Assembly: GCA_964479835.1 (NCBI GenBank)
Contig: CAYZRE010000002.1
Location: 24,987 to 88,986, forward strand
DNA: 64,000 nucleotides
Source: an uncultured Candidatus Saccharibacteria bacterium
GTDB lineage: Bacteria > Patescibacteriota > Minisyncoccia > 2-02-FULL-40-12 > GWA2-44-9
Direction of reading: 5' to 3'
A program made the translations under genes and the position numbers. The notes below the pieces were generated by a model that worked only from the letters and a program-made list of their open reading frames with translations, searched no databases and was not told the origin of the DNA. Below, piece after piece: positions 30,223 to 38,906 of the stretch; position 1 is the first letter of the stretch, and the number at the start of each line of letters is the position of its first letter.

Positions 30223-31207
30223 TTTTCTTATACGTTTCCAGATTGTCTAATACTTTACCGGTACCACGCGCGACGCAGAACAACGGGTCGTCGGCTACGC
30301 GTGCGGGTACTCCGGTGACTTTGGTGATGAGTTCATCGATGTTGCGGAGAAGCGCTCCGCCTCCGGTAATGATGATGCCGCGGTCCATGATGTCCGAGCA
30401 CAGCTCGGGAGGTGTCAGCTCCAGCACGCCTTTGATAATTTGCAGAATTTCCCGCAAATGTTCGCCCAACGCCTCGGTCACTTCATTGCTCGTAATCTGA
30501 ATGGTTTTGGGAAGGCCGGTTGTCAGGTCGCGCCCTTTAATGTTCAGAGAATCTTCATGCGCGCCGCGGAGCGCACTGCCAATATTGATTTTGATAAGTT
30601 CTGCGGTGCGCTCACCGATGGCGAGCCCGTGTTTCTTTTTGACATATTCAACGATGGCCTGGTCAAATTTGTTGCCGCCGATGCGCACCGATTGCGCCGA
30701 TACGATACCGCCCAGAGAAATCACGGCGAGCTCGGTCGTGCCGCCGCCGATATTGAGTATCATGTTGCCGATGGGGCTGTTGATGGGAATCTGTGCGCCA
30801 ATGGCGGCGAGTACCGGTTCCTTCACAAGATAGACCGCCTTCGCACCGGCGGCCAGTGTGCTCTCGATGACCGCGCGTTTCTCGGCAGAAGTGATACCGG
30901 CAGGTACCGACACGAGCACTTCGGGTTTGATAAAACTGAACACGCCGCCCGCCTTCTTGATGAAGTAGCGCAACATCGCACCCGTTACACGGTAATCCGC
31001 CACTGCTCCGTCAATCAGCGGCCTGACGATGATGATGCTGTCGGGTGTGCGGCCGATCATTTCTTTTGCCGAATTACCGACCGCCAGAATCTTATTGTCG
31101 AGCACCGAAAGGGCAACCACGGACGGTTCGTTGATGACGATTCCCTTCTTGGGCATGAACACCACGGTATTCGTGGTGCCAAGATCGATGCCAATCTTCC
31201 TGGTCAT
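30200..31207 (-). CDS. mreB: rod-shape determining actin homologue MreB
   Basis: [10 protein letters not shown], actin-fold phosphate loops, 335 aa. Confidence 0.9.
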   Translation of the reverse strand: MTRKIGIDLGTTNTVVFMPKKGIVINEPSVVALSVLDNKILAVGNSAKEMIGRTPDSIIIVRPLIDGAVADYRVTGAMLRYFIKKAGGVFSFIKPEVLVSVPAGITSAEKRAVIESTLAAGAKAVYLVKEPVLAAIGAQIPINSPIGNMILNIGGGTTELAVISLGGIVSAQSVRIGGNKFDQAIVEYVKKKHGLAIGERTAELIKINIGSALRGAHEDSLNIKGRDLTTGLPKTIQITSNEVTEALGEHLREILQIIKGVLELTPPELCSDIMDRGIIITGGGALLRNIDELITKVTGVPARVADDPLFCVARGTGKVLDNLETYKKNVIAKRR

Positions 31208-31269
31208 AGCGACTGAATATAGCGTAAATGCCCCTTTTTATCAACAAATAACCGGAGTATACTGATGGC

Positions 31270-32064
31270 ATGAAAAAACGGTCTCGCCGCATTCTTTTCT
31301 GGCTCGCAGTGGTGGCATTCGGACTGGCCAGTTGGGTCGTCGTTAAATACGCGCAGGGGTATGTGTTCGACTGGCGTACCAACGCATTTGTCCGCACAGG
31401 TGCCATTGCGGTGAGCGTCAATACGAGCGCATCACTATTTATTGATGACATTAAAACCGGTGACACATCGTTTCTCGGCGACCGCGTAGGCAGTGACCGG
31501 CTTGCTCCCGGCACGTACGAGGTGCGACTGATCCGCGACGGATATTCGGCATGGAGAAAAACAGCAGAGGTGCGCGAAGGTATGCTCACCGATTTTCCGA
31601 CGGTACTGCTGCTGCCGACCGACGAACAGTCTTTGGGCACGCTGAAATCAGAGGCGTCGGTGTCGTTGGCGGAATCCCGGACGCTCAAGAACGCTCCGCC
31701 GAGAATACTGCCTCTCGAGGTGCGTGTTGATGACTTCGTATTGCGCGGTACGCAGTTACTGGATATGCGCACCGCATCGGGGTCGCTCATTGCGGAAAAT
31801 GTGCTGGGCATGACCGTCGCAGAGAACACCAGCCGTATTCTGTGGTGGACACACAACGAACTGTGGGTGTTGTGGTTGCGCAACACCGATTATCAGCCGT
31901 TTCGTGCCGAGGGAGAGCGGCAGGCCATCACTCGTTTCTCGGTGCCCATCCTTCGTGCCGCATGGTTCAGAGATGACGACCATATCATCGTTGATCTGGG
32001 AAATTCCGGCTATCGTGTTATTGAAACGGATGCCCGTGGTGGTGCGAATATCATCAAACTTTGA
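31270..32064 (+). CDS. hypothetical membrane-anchored protein (PEGA-like beta domain)
   Basis: N-terminal TM; a segment LAPGTYEVRLIRDGYSAWRKTAEV resembles the PEGA motif. Confidence 0.45.
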   Translation: MKKRSRRILFWLAVVAFGLASWVVVKYAQGYVFDWRTNAFVRTGAIAVSVNTSASLFIDDIKTGDTSFLGDRVGSDRLAPGTYEVRLIRDGYSAWRKTAEVREGMLTDFPTVLLLPTDEQSLGTLKSEASVSLAESRTLKNAPPRILPLEVRVDDFVLRGTQLLDMRTASGSLIAENVLGMTVAENTSRILWWTHNELWVLWLRNTDYQPFRAEGERQAITRFSVPILRAAWFRDDDHIIVDLGNSGYRVIETDARGGANIIKL

Positions 32065-32113
32065 CAATACAGTCTGATTACGGTAAACTATTCGCAAGGT
32101 TTAAGGAGGCGCC

Positions 32114-32308
32114 ATGTCAGACCGATTCACGAAAAACCTGACTTTCACAGTTCTCGGTGCGGCTTACATCCTGGGAGGCGTCACTGTCACGCATGTCAGC
32201 CCATACATCGCGGGCGCACTCATCGTCATCGGCATCTATCTCGTCGTAAGGGTTGTCAGGGACCTGGTCACACCGCCGAATGCGGCAGACCTTCACTTCA
32301 AGCCGTAG
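32114..32308 (+). CDS. small two-TM membrane protein
   Basis: 64 aa, very good RBS TAAGGAGG before the ATG, own terminator downstream. Confidence 0.5.
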   Translation: MSDRFTKNLTFTVLGAAYILGGVTVTHVSPYIAGALIVIGIYLVVRVVRDLVTPPNAADLHFKP

Positions 32309-32329
32309 GGGGTCAACAACTGCCCACAC

Positions 32330-32356
32330 CGCCGCCATCCCTCTGGCGGCGTTTTA
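32330..32356 (+). terminator. intrinsic terminator (CGCCGCC/GGCGGCG + TTTTATT)
   Basis: 7-bp GC stem followed by a T-tract after the small gene. Confidence 0.5.
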
Positions 32357-32539
32357 TTCATTCGGGTATACTAAAGACCTACTGCCCAATAACCTTTCTA
32401 CTGCAATCTTCATCTCTTGGCTATGGCTTCGTAATAATTCTTCAACATATCCACCGATATGTTTCAGAATTCTTCCCTCGCCTCGCTCAATAGCTAAAGA
32501 TTTCGTAACGAAAATTATTGAGTAGTAGGTCTTTTGACT

Positions 32540-33601
32540 ATGAACTACGGGGATAAACTACAAAAACTATTAGAGGAGGCAGTGAAACAAGATGCCTCGG
32601 ATTTGCACATTGCCGCCGGCCGTCACCCGACGCTCCGGGTATATGGCGCTCTGGTCGCTCTGGAGAAAGAGGAAATCCTTACGCCCGAATCGGCCGAAGG
32701 GTTAATTTCCGAGCTGTTGCCGCCGGCAATGAAGGAGCGCTTCTTGCGTGAGCGGCAATTGGATTTCGCATATTCGATGAAAGGTGACGGACGCTTTCGC
32801 GTCAACGCCTATTTCCAACAGGGCACCTGGTCCGCCGCGCTTCGGTTAGTGCCTGCCAAAATCCGTACCATCGAAGAGCTGGGATTGCCGGAAGTGTTGC
32901 ATGACTTCGCAAAATTGACACAGGGTTTTATCCTGATGGTCGGACCGGCCGGACATGGCAAATCAACAACCACTGCCGCGATTCTGGATGAAATCAGCCG
33001 TACACGGACTTCCCATATTATCACCATTGAAGACCCTATCGAGTATCTGTTTTCTCAAAATCTCGGCATTGTATCCCAGCGTGAAGTCGGGGGCGATACG
33101 CTGTCATTCGCAGATGGCCTCAAAACGGTATTGCGACAGGATCCCGATGTCATCATGGTCGGTGAGATGCGCGACGCAGATTCCATTTCTGCCGCAATGA
33201 CGGCGGCAGAAACAGGTCACCTTGTGTTCTCCACCCTGCACACCAACTCAGCGGCCCAGACCGTTGACCGCATCATCGACTCATTCCCGCCTGCACAGCA
33301 ACAGCAAATCATCTCCCAGGTCGCCACCACGCTCGTAGCGATTGTGTCTGAGCGCCTCATCCCCCGCATCGGCGGCGGACGCGTACCTGCGCTGGAAGTT
33401 ATGATGATGAACCCTGCCATTCGCAACCTCATTCGCGAGCACAAAATATTCTCAATTGATTCTGTCATACAGACGGGCATTAAAGAAGGCATGATGACGC
33501 TCGACTATTCACTGGCGGCACTGGTCAAAGCAAAGCAAATCACTCCCGAGAACGCCGAACTCTACGCCTCCAATCCGGCGGAGCTCCAGAAGCACCGATA
33601 A
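32540..33601 (+). CDS. pilT: type IV pilus retraction ATPase PilT
   Basis: Walker A GPAGHGKST, Asp box, His box, PilT-like C-terminus. The ORF track starts at TTG 32534; the ATG at 32540 is preferred. Confidence 0.85.
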   Translation: MNYGDKLQKLLEEAVKQDASDLHIAAGRHPTLRVYGALVALEKEEILTPESAEGLISELLPPAMKERFLRERQLDFAYSMKGDGRFRVNAYFQQGTWSAALRLVPAKIRTIEELGLPEVLHDFAKLTQGFILMVGPAGHGKSTTTAAILDEISRTRTSHIITIEDPIEYLFSQNLGIVSQREVGGDTLSFADGLKTVLRQDPDVIMVGEMRDADSISAAMTAAETGHLVFSTLHTNSAAQTVDRIIDSFPPAQQQQIISQVATTLVAIVSERLIPRIGGGRVPALEVMMMNPAIRNLIREHKIFSIDSVIQTGIKEGMMTLDYSLAALVKAKQITPENAELYASNPAELQKHR

Positions 33602-33630
33602 TTGACTTTTCGGTAAGTTCGTCATATAAT
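33602..33630 (+). promoter_or_regulatory. sigma70-type promoter TTGACT-N17-TATAAT
   Basis: perfect -35 and -10 hexamers right after the pilT stop, followed by RBS AAAGGAGAG and the ATG at 33678. Confidence 0.5.
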
Positions 33631-33677
33631 ACTCTTCGATGTGAGAGAGTAGGACTTTAACTTACAAAGGAGAGCTC

Positions 33678-35093
33678 ATGAAGCTCAAAGCAGTGATGGT
33701 CCTTGCTGTGCTGATGGTTGTCGGGACGGCGTACGGCACGGGATACCCCAAACCAAAACCCCTCCCCAACCGTTTCGTTCAAGACTTCGCGCACATCATC
33801 CCCGACCAGGAGGAGGCCCGGCTCGAACAGCGCCTGGAGGCCTACGAGATGGCTACCTCCATCGAGATTGCGGTGGTGACCGTGACATCCCTGGAGGGTG
33901 AAACCATCGAGATGTACACGGTGGATTTAGCCGAATCCTGGGGCGTCGGCAAGAAGAACAAGGACAACGGCATCGTGTTCCTCACCGCTCCCAATGAGCG
34001 GGCCACGAGAATCGAGGTTGGATATGGCCTCGAACCCGATCTGACCGACCTGCGCTCGCACCGCATCATCGAGGAGCAAATCATCCCCCACTTCAAGGAG
34101 GGAAAGTTTCCCGAAGGAATCTCTGCCGGTGTCGAGGGCATTCTTGCTGCCTTGGGAGAAGCACCGTATGCCACTCGGCTCGCCGAGCGCGAGGTCCAGA
34201 GACAGGCGAACATCACGGCAAGGACGGAGGCCGGCAAGCTCTTTGGAATCATCGTCTTGAGCTTCTGCGGGATTGTTTTCGTAGTCGGCCTCTTTGTCCG
34301 CAGAAGTGCCCGCAAAGACCAGCAGAAGAAAAACAAAGAAAAGCTAGCCCGTGTCATCGGTATGATGGGCCGCGTGAGGTCGCAGGGGTATGTGCCGATT
34401 GCCGCAAACCTCGGCCGGTTGCAGGAAAAAAGCCCGAAGAGCGTTTGGCAGGAGTTCGCCGAAACTCTCATGGCCTACCCCGGCAAACTCGACAAGCTCA
34501 ACGAAGAAATCAAACGCCTGTCGAGAAAGAACAGCGTAATGAAGGACCTCGACAATGTCGCCGACGAGCTCGTACGCATCGAGGAATCGCTCACACTGCT
34601 CCTGCTGTTTCCCAAGCGCCTCCAAGAGAAGAACGAAGCTGTGCTCAAGGCCCGGGAAGAAGCAAAGGTGGTCGCCGCCCGGCTCCCTGAACACCTTACC
34701 CGTGTCAGAGAGAAGGTCAGTCAGCCCGCCTACACCAGTAAGGCGCTCGAGCAAGTGGACGCGGCCCAGAGGACTTTCGAAAAGGCCCGGGCATTCCTCT
34801 CTGCCAGGCTGGTGGATTGGATCGCACTCCTGGCAACCCTCAAAGTAATCGAGGCGTCATTGCACCAAGCCACCGAGATGACCAAGGAGAACGAGATACT
34901 GAAAGCGAGCAAGGAAGCCGCGGAGCGCGCGGTCGCCAAGCGACACAGAGAGGAAGAAGAGGATCGTCGCTGGCGGCAATCACAGTCGGATTCCTCATCG
35001 CCTACCTCCTACGGTAGCAGTGGTTCATCTTCCGGCTCCGGTGGATTCGGTGGAGGCAGCTTCGGCGGAGGCGGTTCGTCAGGCAAGTGGTAA
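33678..35093 (+). CDS. TPM-domain (YgcG-like) membrane protein with long coiled-coil region and Gly/Ser-rich tail
   Basis: signal peptide, TPM phosphatase-like domain, TM segment, C-terminal SGSSSGSGGFGGGSFGGGGSSG. Confidence 0.75.
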   Translation: MKLKAVMVLAVLMVVGTAYGTGYPKPKPLPNRFVQDFAHIIPDQEEARLEQRLEAYEMATSIEIAVVTVTSLEGETIEMYTVDLAESWGVGKKNKDNGIVFLTAPNERATRIEVGYGLEPDLTDLRSHRIIEEQIIPHFKEGKFPEGISAGVEGILAALGEAPYATRLAEREVQRQANITARTEAGKLFGIIVLSFCGIVFVVGLFVRRSARKDQQKKNKEKLARVIGMMGRVRSQGYVPIAANLGRLQEKSPKSVWQEFAETLMAYPGKLDKLNEEIKRLSRKNSVMKDLDNVADELVRIEESLTLLLLFPKRLQEKNEAVLKAREEAKVVAARLPEHLTRVREKVSQPAYTSKALEQVDAAQRTFEKARAFLSARLVDWIALLATLKVIEASLHQATEMTKENEILKASKEAAERAVAKRHREEEEDRRWRQSQSDSSSPTSYGSSGSSSGSGGFGGGSFGGGGSSGKW

Positions 35094-35100
35094 CGCACGC

Positions 35101-35137
35101 GGCGCGGGAGGCCTCCAAGACCCCGCGCCGTTTTTTA
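35101..35137. terminator. bidirectional terminator (GGCGCGGG/CCCGCGCC + T6)
   Basis: 8-bp GC stem with T6 on the plus side; overlaps the stop codon of the convergent L,D-transpeptidase gene. Confidence 0.55.
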
Positions 35138-35815
35138 TTGAATCATCCCGCCGATGGGCATAGACGCGAGTTCAGCGGGGGGTACGACAGCAACATCCTT
35201 CCACTGATAACCACGAGAAAGAAACGCTCGCTCCGTGGAAATGGGCTGGCGGTATCCGTCTTCGGTGAGAAGATAAACAGTCGGCGAGTCATCGGCCCGT
35301 GCCAGACGGGCGCTGTAGATTTCTACATACGCTCCGATGTTCGTCCATGCGAACATCTCTATGGCTAATGCAGTCGGCAGACGGATACATCCGGCTGAAT
35401 ATCTGGTAGTGATGACCTCGCCGGATGGGTACAACGGGATATCGTGAAAATAGTAGCCCCCAAAGAACCGCATGCTAAATGGCATAATGGCACCCGATAA
35501 GCCCGAGATATGCCGCCGCTCTTTGGAGAGGATGCGGAACTTCCCGATCGGCGTCGCGGTGCTGTTGTTCGGATTACCGGTACCCGCTATTCGGGTAAAC
35601 TTGTACAGATTACCGTTTTCGTACAGGGCTATAGAGTGATTATAGAGGTTGACCCGGATGAGCTGATTTTGTTCCCCTCCGTAGAAATTCAGCATGAGGC
35701 CCGACAGATAGCCGGAGAACGAGGTATCCTGGGACCGCAGATGCGTTGAAAGAACACCGTATCCGGACAGTGACACGATTGCTACGACCACAGGGAGCAT
35801 CAGCCCTTTACGCAT
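35135..35815 (-). CDS. L,D-transpeptidase (YkuD-like)
   Basis: catalytic motif HDIPLYPSGEVITTRYSAGCIRLP (His/Cys of YkuD domain). Confidence 0.8.
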   Translation of the reverse strand: MRKGLMLPVVVAIVSLSGYGVLSTHLRSQDTSFSGYLSGLMLNFYGGEQNQLIRVNLYNHSIALYENGNLYKFTRIAGTGNPNNSTATPIGKFRILSKERRHISGLSGAIMPFSMRFFGGYYFHDIPLYPSGEVITTRYSAGCIRLPTALAIEMFAWTNIGAYVEIYSARLARADDSPTVYLLTEDGYRQPISTERAFLSRGYQWKDVAVVPPAELASMPIGGMIQ

Positions 35816-35931
35816 ATGTTGACGAAGCTATTTCTTTTTCGGTTGCTTGGGCTTTTTGGTTTCTTTTCTCTGGGAATCGTTTCCTTTTGCCATAGTCGTT
35901 TATGAGTTGCTACCGAATATAGTATATCATC

Positions 35932-36546
35932 TTACTTCTTCCGGCGCGAGACATATAAATACACTAAGATGCTTGCGACGGCGGCAAAAAAGCACCAGAC
36001 GGAAGGAAATGATGGCCGTGACAACCAGGCAACTACGATGGCCGAGGTAAGGGCGATGATGCCTGCCCTGAAAAATCCGGGTATACGCGATACGAGAAGA
36101 GCACCAGAGACAGCAATAATATAGAGTATCGCCGTCTCGGTGCCCAAGAATATGCCCAGATTATAAACGATGTGTCCGCCTGCCGTGTAGATGTACAGGG
36201 TACCCGTGAGCATTTGCCACATGTTCCAGAGAGCCGCCGCTATTCCAAGACCCAAAAACCAGCGAGTGAAATGGCGACTTGCACGGTCCAGTATATACAC
36301 CGCGAACGGCACATAGACCGGCCAAAGAACATAGGCAATCGTCAGGAAGCCGTAGCCCGCAGCAGGGCAGGTGGTGCCATTACCGAGGTAAAGCCACTGT
36401 ACGCCCTCCATGGCCTGTTGGGCGGCAAATACTAGTGGGATAACTGCGACGATTCGCTGCTTCGGCGTGGCAGCGCGCAACGAGGCAACACCAACAACAG
36501 CTAATCCTCCACTGGCAATAAAACTTGCGGTGGCGGAAAAACACAT
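35932..36546 (-). CDS. hypothetical polytopic membrane protein
   Basis: 204 aa, about six hydrophobic helices, no family recognised. Confidence 0.5.
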   Translation of the reverse strand: MCFSATASFIASGGLAVVGVASLRAATPKQRIVAVIPLVFAAQQAMEGVQWLYLGNGTTCPAAGYGFLTIAYVLWPVYVPFAVYILDRASRHFTRWFLGLGIAAALWNMWQMLTGTLYIYTAGGHIVYNLGIFLGTETAILYIIAVSGALLVSRIPGFFRAGIIALTSAIVVAWLSRPSFPSVWCFFAAVASILVYLYVSRRKK

Positions 36547-36549
36547 AAG

Positions 36550-36909
36550 CTATCCCAGAAGAACCATCAAAGCGCCGGCGAGGATGAGCAAGTCAAATTC
36601 CCAACCCGTACCGGTATGTGACCAGAACGGTGTCTTCCACTTGAAGAGATGCTGGTACAGCGCGCCCAGCATGACGAGCACGATGAATGCCGCGCCGTAT
36701 AGCTGTCCGACATTCAGGGCAACAGCTAATCCGGCCGCTATCTCACCAGCTCCGTGCAGAAACGAAACTTTCCTTGAGCCCCACCAAAACGGCGCCATCA
36801 TGTCCGGGTTTTTTGCCTTGGCATACCCATGCACAAGAAAAATGACGCCTAGTACCGTGGTCAGCGCATACCATCCCCAACCGTAGAACTGAAATAAGAA
36901 GTCTGTCAT
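36550..36909 (-). CDS. DoxX-family membrane protein
   Basis: 119 aa, four TM, DoxX-like pattern. Confidence 0.65.
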   Translation of the reverse strand: MTDFLFQFYGWGWYALTTVLGVIFLVHGYAKAKNPDMMAPFWWGSRKVSFLHGAGEIAAGLAVALNVGQLYGAAFIVLVMLGALYQHLFKWKTPFWSHTGTGWEFDLLILAGALMVLLG

Positions 36910-36926
36910 GCCTACAGTATATCACA

Positions 36927-37274
36927 CTAGTTCTCGAGCGCGTCGATTTTCGCGGCGAGAATAAAATCGTTTTTACTCAAGCCGTTGATTGCGTGAGTCG
37001 TAAGCGTCACCTCTAAAAATCCCCAGCCGAAGCGGATATCGGGGTGGTGACCTTCAGCCTCGGCTAGCGCGCCGATGGCATTGACCCGCTTGAGAGCTTC
37101 TGCAAAATTCTTGAATTTCCACTTCTTGAAGATGTGGTCTCCGTCGACAACCTTCCAGCCGGAAATCTCCTTCAAGTATTCAGTAATCTCATCAGGCGTA
37201 GCCTTCGGCGTCTGGCCGTTGCACGCCTCACATGTGTTCTTCGCGAGTTCACTCATTAATTTGAATTGTATCAC
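36927..37274 (-). CDS. pterin-4a-carbinolamine dehydratase (PCD/DCoH)
   Basis: EGHHPDI motif and PCD-like length; apparent GTG start. Confidence 0.8.
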   Translation of the reverse strand: MIQFKLMSELAKNTCEACNGQTPKATPDEITEYLKEISGWKVVDGDHIFKKWKFKNFAEALKRVNAIGALAEAEGHHPDIRFGWGFLEVTLTTHAINGLSKNDFILAAKIDALEN

Positions 37275-37305
37275 AAACTCCGGCTTCGACCCCGACGAGG
37301 TCCGA

Positions 37306-37423
37306 GCGCGTAGCGGCCATACCGTTCAGCAGACGGCTTCGGAGGCCGACGGGCCGAGAACGCAGAAGCCCCGCCAGCAAGGCGGGGACTTCGTGTCTGT
37401 CGAATGGTATGGCCGCTACGCGC
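37306..37423. repeat. structured ~120-nt intergenic element, copy A (candidate ncRNA or regulatory RNA)
   Basis: 18-bp terminal helix GCGCGTAGCGGCCATACC/GGTATGGCCGCTACGCGC, inner 5-bp CAGAC/GTCTG, 11-bp hairpin GAAGCCCCGCC-agcaa-GGCGGGG(a)CTTC, cUUCGg-containing arm; a near-identical copy lies at 40308-40428. Confidence 0.5.
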
Positions 37424-37434
37424 GACCCCCATGA

Positions 37435-37692
37435 CTAGGAGAGGTGCTTCGAGACGAGCTTGGTCATCTCAAACATATTGACGACCGCTTTGCCACCAAA
37501 GACGGCCTTCAAGTTGGCGTCCGCATTGATGTTGCGCTTGTTCGCCGGGTCCTGAAGATTGTTCTTCTTGATGTAGACCCACAGTTTCTTGACGACCTCC
37601 GAGCGGGGCATAGGACCCGCACCAACTACTTCAGCTAACTCCGGGCTGACCTGCATCGGCTTCATAAACGCTGAATTGGCTTGTTGTGCCAT
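37435..37692 (-). CDS. SWIB/MDM2-domain protein
   Basis: 85 aa; pattern ...LKAVFGG...VNMFEMTKLVSKHL typical of SWIB domains. Confidence 0.7.
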   Translation of the reverse strand: MAQQANSAFMKPMQVSPELAEVVGAGPMPRSEVVKKLWVYIKKNNLQDPANKRNINADANLKAVFGGKAVVNMFEMTKLVSKHLS

Positions 37693-37768
37693 GGTTGTTT
37701 ATTAGTTGTTACCGTTCCTTACAAGTATACCCTGAAATTCACACAAAGCGCAAATAGAGAGAAAGGTC

Positions 37769-38029
37769 CTATTTCTTCTTATAGATGACGCCACGGCCCG
37801 CAGAGCCAACCTGAACAATCTTGCCCTCCTTCTCCAGCTCGTCCAGATACCGCGTAGCGGTGGCATCGGATACCCCCAACGCCGTCTGCACCTGGTCGTT
37901 GAACACCTCAGTTCTGCCGTCAAACAGCGCCATCACCCGCTTGCGCGGTGGGACGCTCCCCGCCCCCGCACGCATGCCCGCCCAATACCCCGCCCCGAAA
38001 CCGACGAGTAAAAATATGAACCATGTCAT
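37769..38029 (-). CDS. small membrane-anchored protein with C-terminal winged-helix-like segment
   Basis: N-terminal TM helix; C-terminal ATRYLDELEKEGKIVQVGSAGRGVIY resembles a wHTH; preceded by GGAGGGGAGAGTAG. Confidence 0.45.
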   Translation of the reverse strand: MTWFIFLLVGFGAGYWAGMRAGAGSVPPRKRVMALFDGRTEVFNDQVQTALGVSDATATRYLDELEKEGKIVQVGSAGRGVIYKKK

Positions 38030-38058
38030 GCCTCCATGCTACTCTCCCCTCCTTAAAA

Positions 38059-38089
38059 CACAAACGGCTCATTTAATGAGCCGTTTGTG
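38059..38089. repeat. REP-like palindrome copy 2 (CACAAACGGCTCA-tttaa-TGAGCCGTTTGTG)
   Basis: 13-bp perfect inverted repeat between convergently terminated minus-strand genes. Confidence 0.6.
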
Positions 38090-38110
38090 CCATATACAAC
38101 TACTTCGTAC

Positions 38111-38806
38111 TTACTGGAGAACGCCGATGTAGAAGGCGTTATTCAGAAGGCTAATCGAGTGGCCACTCTGAGCGTTAAAGGCAGTGGTGCCGTTGACGCC
38201 GCAGAGCAGTGCCAAACCCGCTGTACCTCCCGGGTAATTGACATAGCCCGTCACATTGTAGACATTGCCGCTGATAACGGTCCAGCAATTGCCTAATGTG
38301 TTATGCGTAGCAACAGTTGCCATCGTATAACCGACCGGCGTGGCTGTCGGAGTCGGCGTAGGGGTTACCGCAGCAAGTTGGTTTGTCTTACATCTGGTAA
38401 TCGCGCTGTCGTAGGCGGTTTGAGCCGCATCGGACGCGATACGCTGGATGTTCATGGCGACAGTGATGGCAGTGCGATAATTCGCATTTGCCGTATCAAT
38501 CTGCGCCAAGTTACCGTTAGCGGCAGTGATGGCATTCTTCCGAACCTGCTTGGCGTTCTTCTTTGCAGTGTTAAGGACATCCTTAGACGCTTTCTCTGCG
38601 GTGTTGAGCGCCGTCTGGGCATCTTTCCGGCAAGCCCTGTACACGCTACTTGCGTTTATGGACTTTCCGTTGTTTTCCTTCTGCTCTGACTTCTGCTCAT
38701 CGTTTTTACCCTTGTTATCTTTGCCGTTATCGGCCAATGCCGTTGCGGCAAGTGATACTGCTACGAGACCCACGAGTCCTCCCAACGCGTACTTTTTTAT
38801 GTTCAT
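38111..38806 (-). CDS. secreted protein with C-terminal cytochrome b5-like domain (heme-ligand His replaced)
   Basis: signal peptide (MNIKKYALGGLVGLVAVSLAATALA), Lys/Asn-rich helical region, C-terminal HNTLGNCWTVISGNVYNVTGYVNYPGG...GHS pattern of the cyt-b5 fold with Y in place of H in the HPGG motif. The ORF track extends to 39013; the ATG at 38806 is preferred. Confidence 0.55.
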   Translation of the reverse strand: MNIKKYALGGLVGLVAVSLAATALADNGKDNKGKNDEQKSEQKENNGKSINASSVYRACRKDAQTALNTAEKASKDVLNTAKKNAKQVRKNAITAANGNLAQIDTANANYRTAITVAMNIQRIASDAAQTAYDSAITRCKTNQLAAVTPTPTPTATPVGYTMATVATHNTLGNCWTVISGNVYNVTGYVNYPGGTAGLALLCGVNGTTAFNAQSGHSISLLNNAFYIGVLQ

Positions 38807-38906
38807 ACGGATATAGTTAGAGTTATGGTTACATGAGGTAAGACGGGGCCCAAAGCAAACTCTTACAGCACAAAAACAGCCGGTCCTTAGGGGAACGGCT
38901 GGGGGG

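Noticed and set aside
35826-35891. 21-aa Lys-rich micro-ORF (MAKGNDSQRKETKKPKQPKKK) upstream of the L,D-transpeptidase gene
   Set aside because: No RBS, low-complexity sequence, no supporting context
37306-37423. The structured element as a 5S rRNA (length about 120, CCGAGAACGCAGAAG resembling loop C, GAATGGTATGG resembling helix V)
   Set aside because: The helix order does not match 5S: there is no helix IV/V arm after the CAGAAG region and the terminal helix is 18 bp. The two copies are also dispersed between protein genes rather than in an rRNA operon
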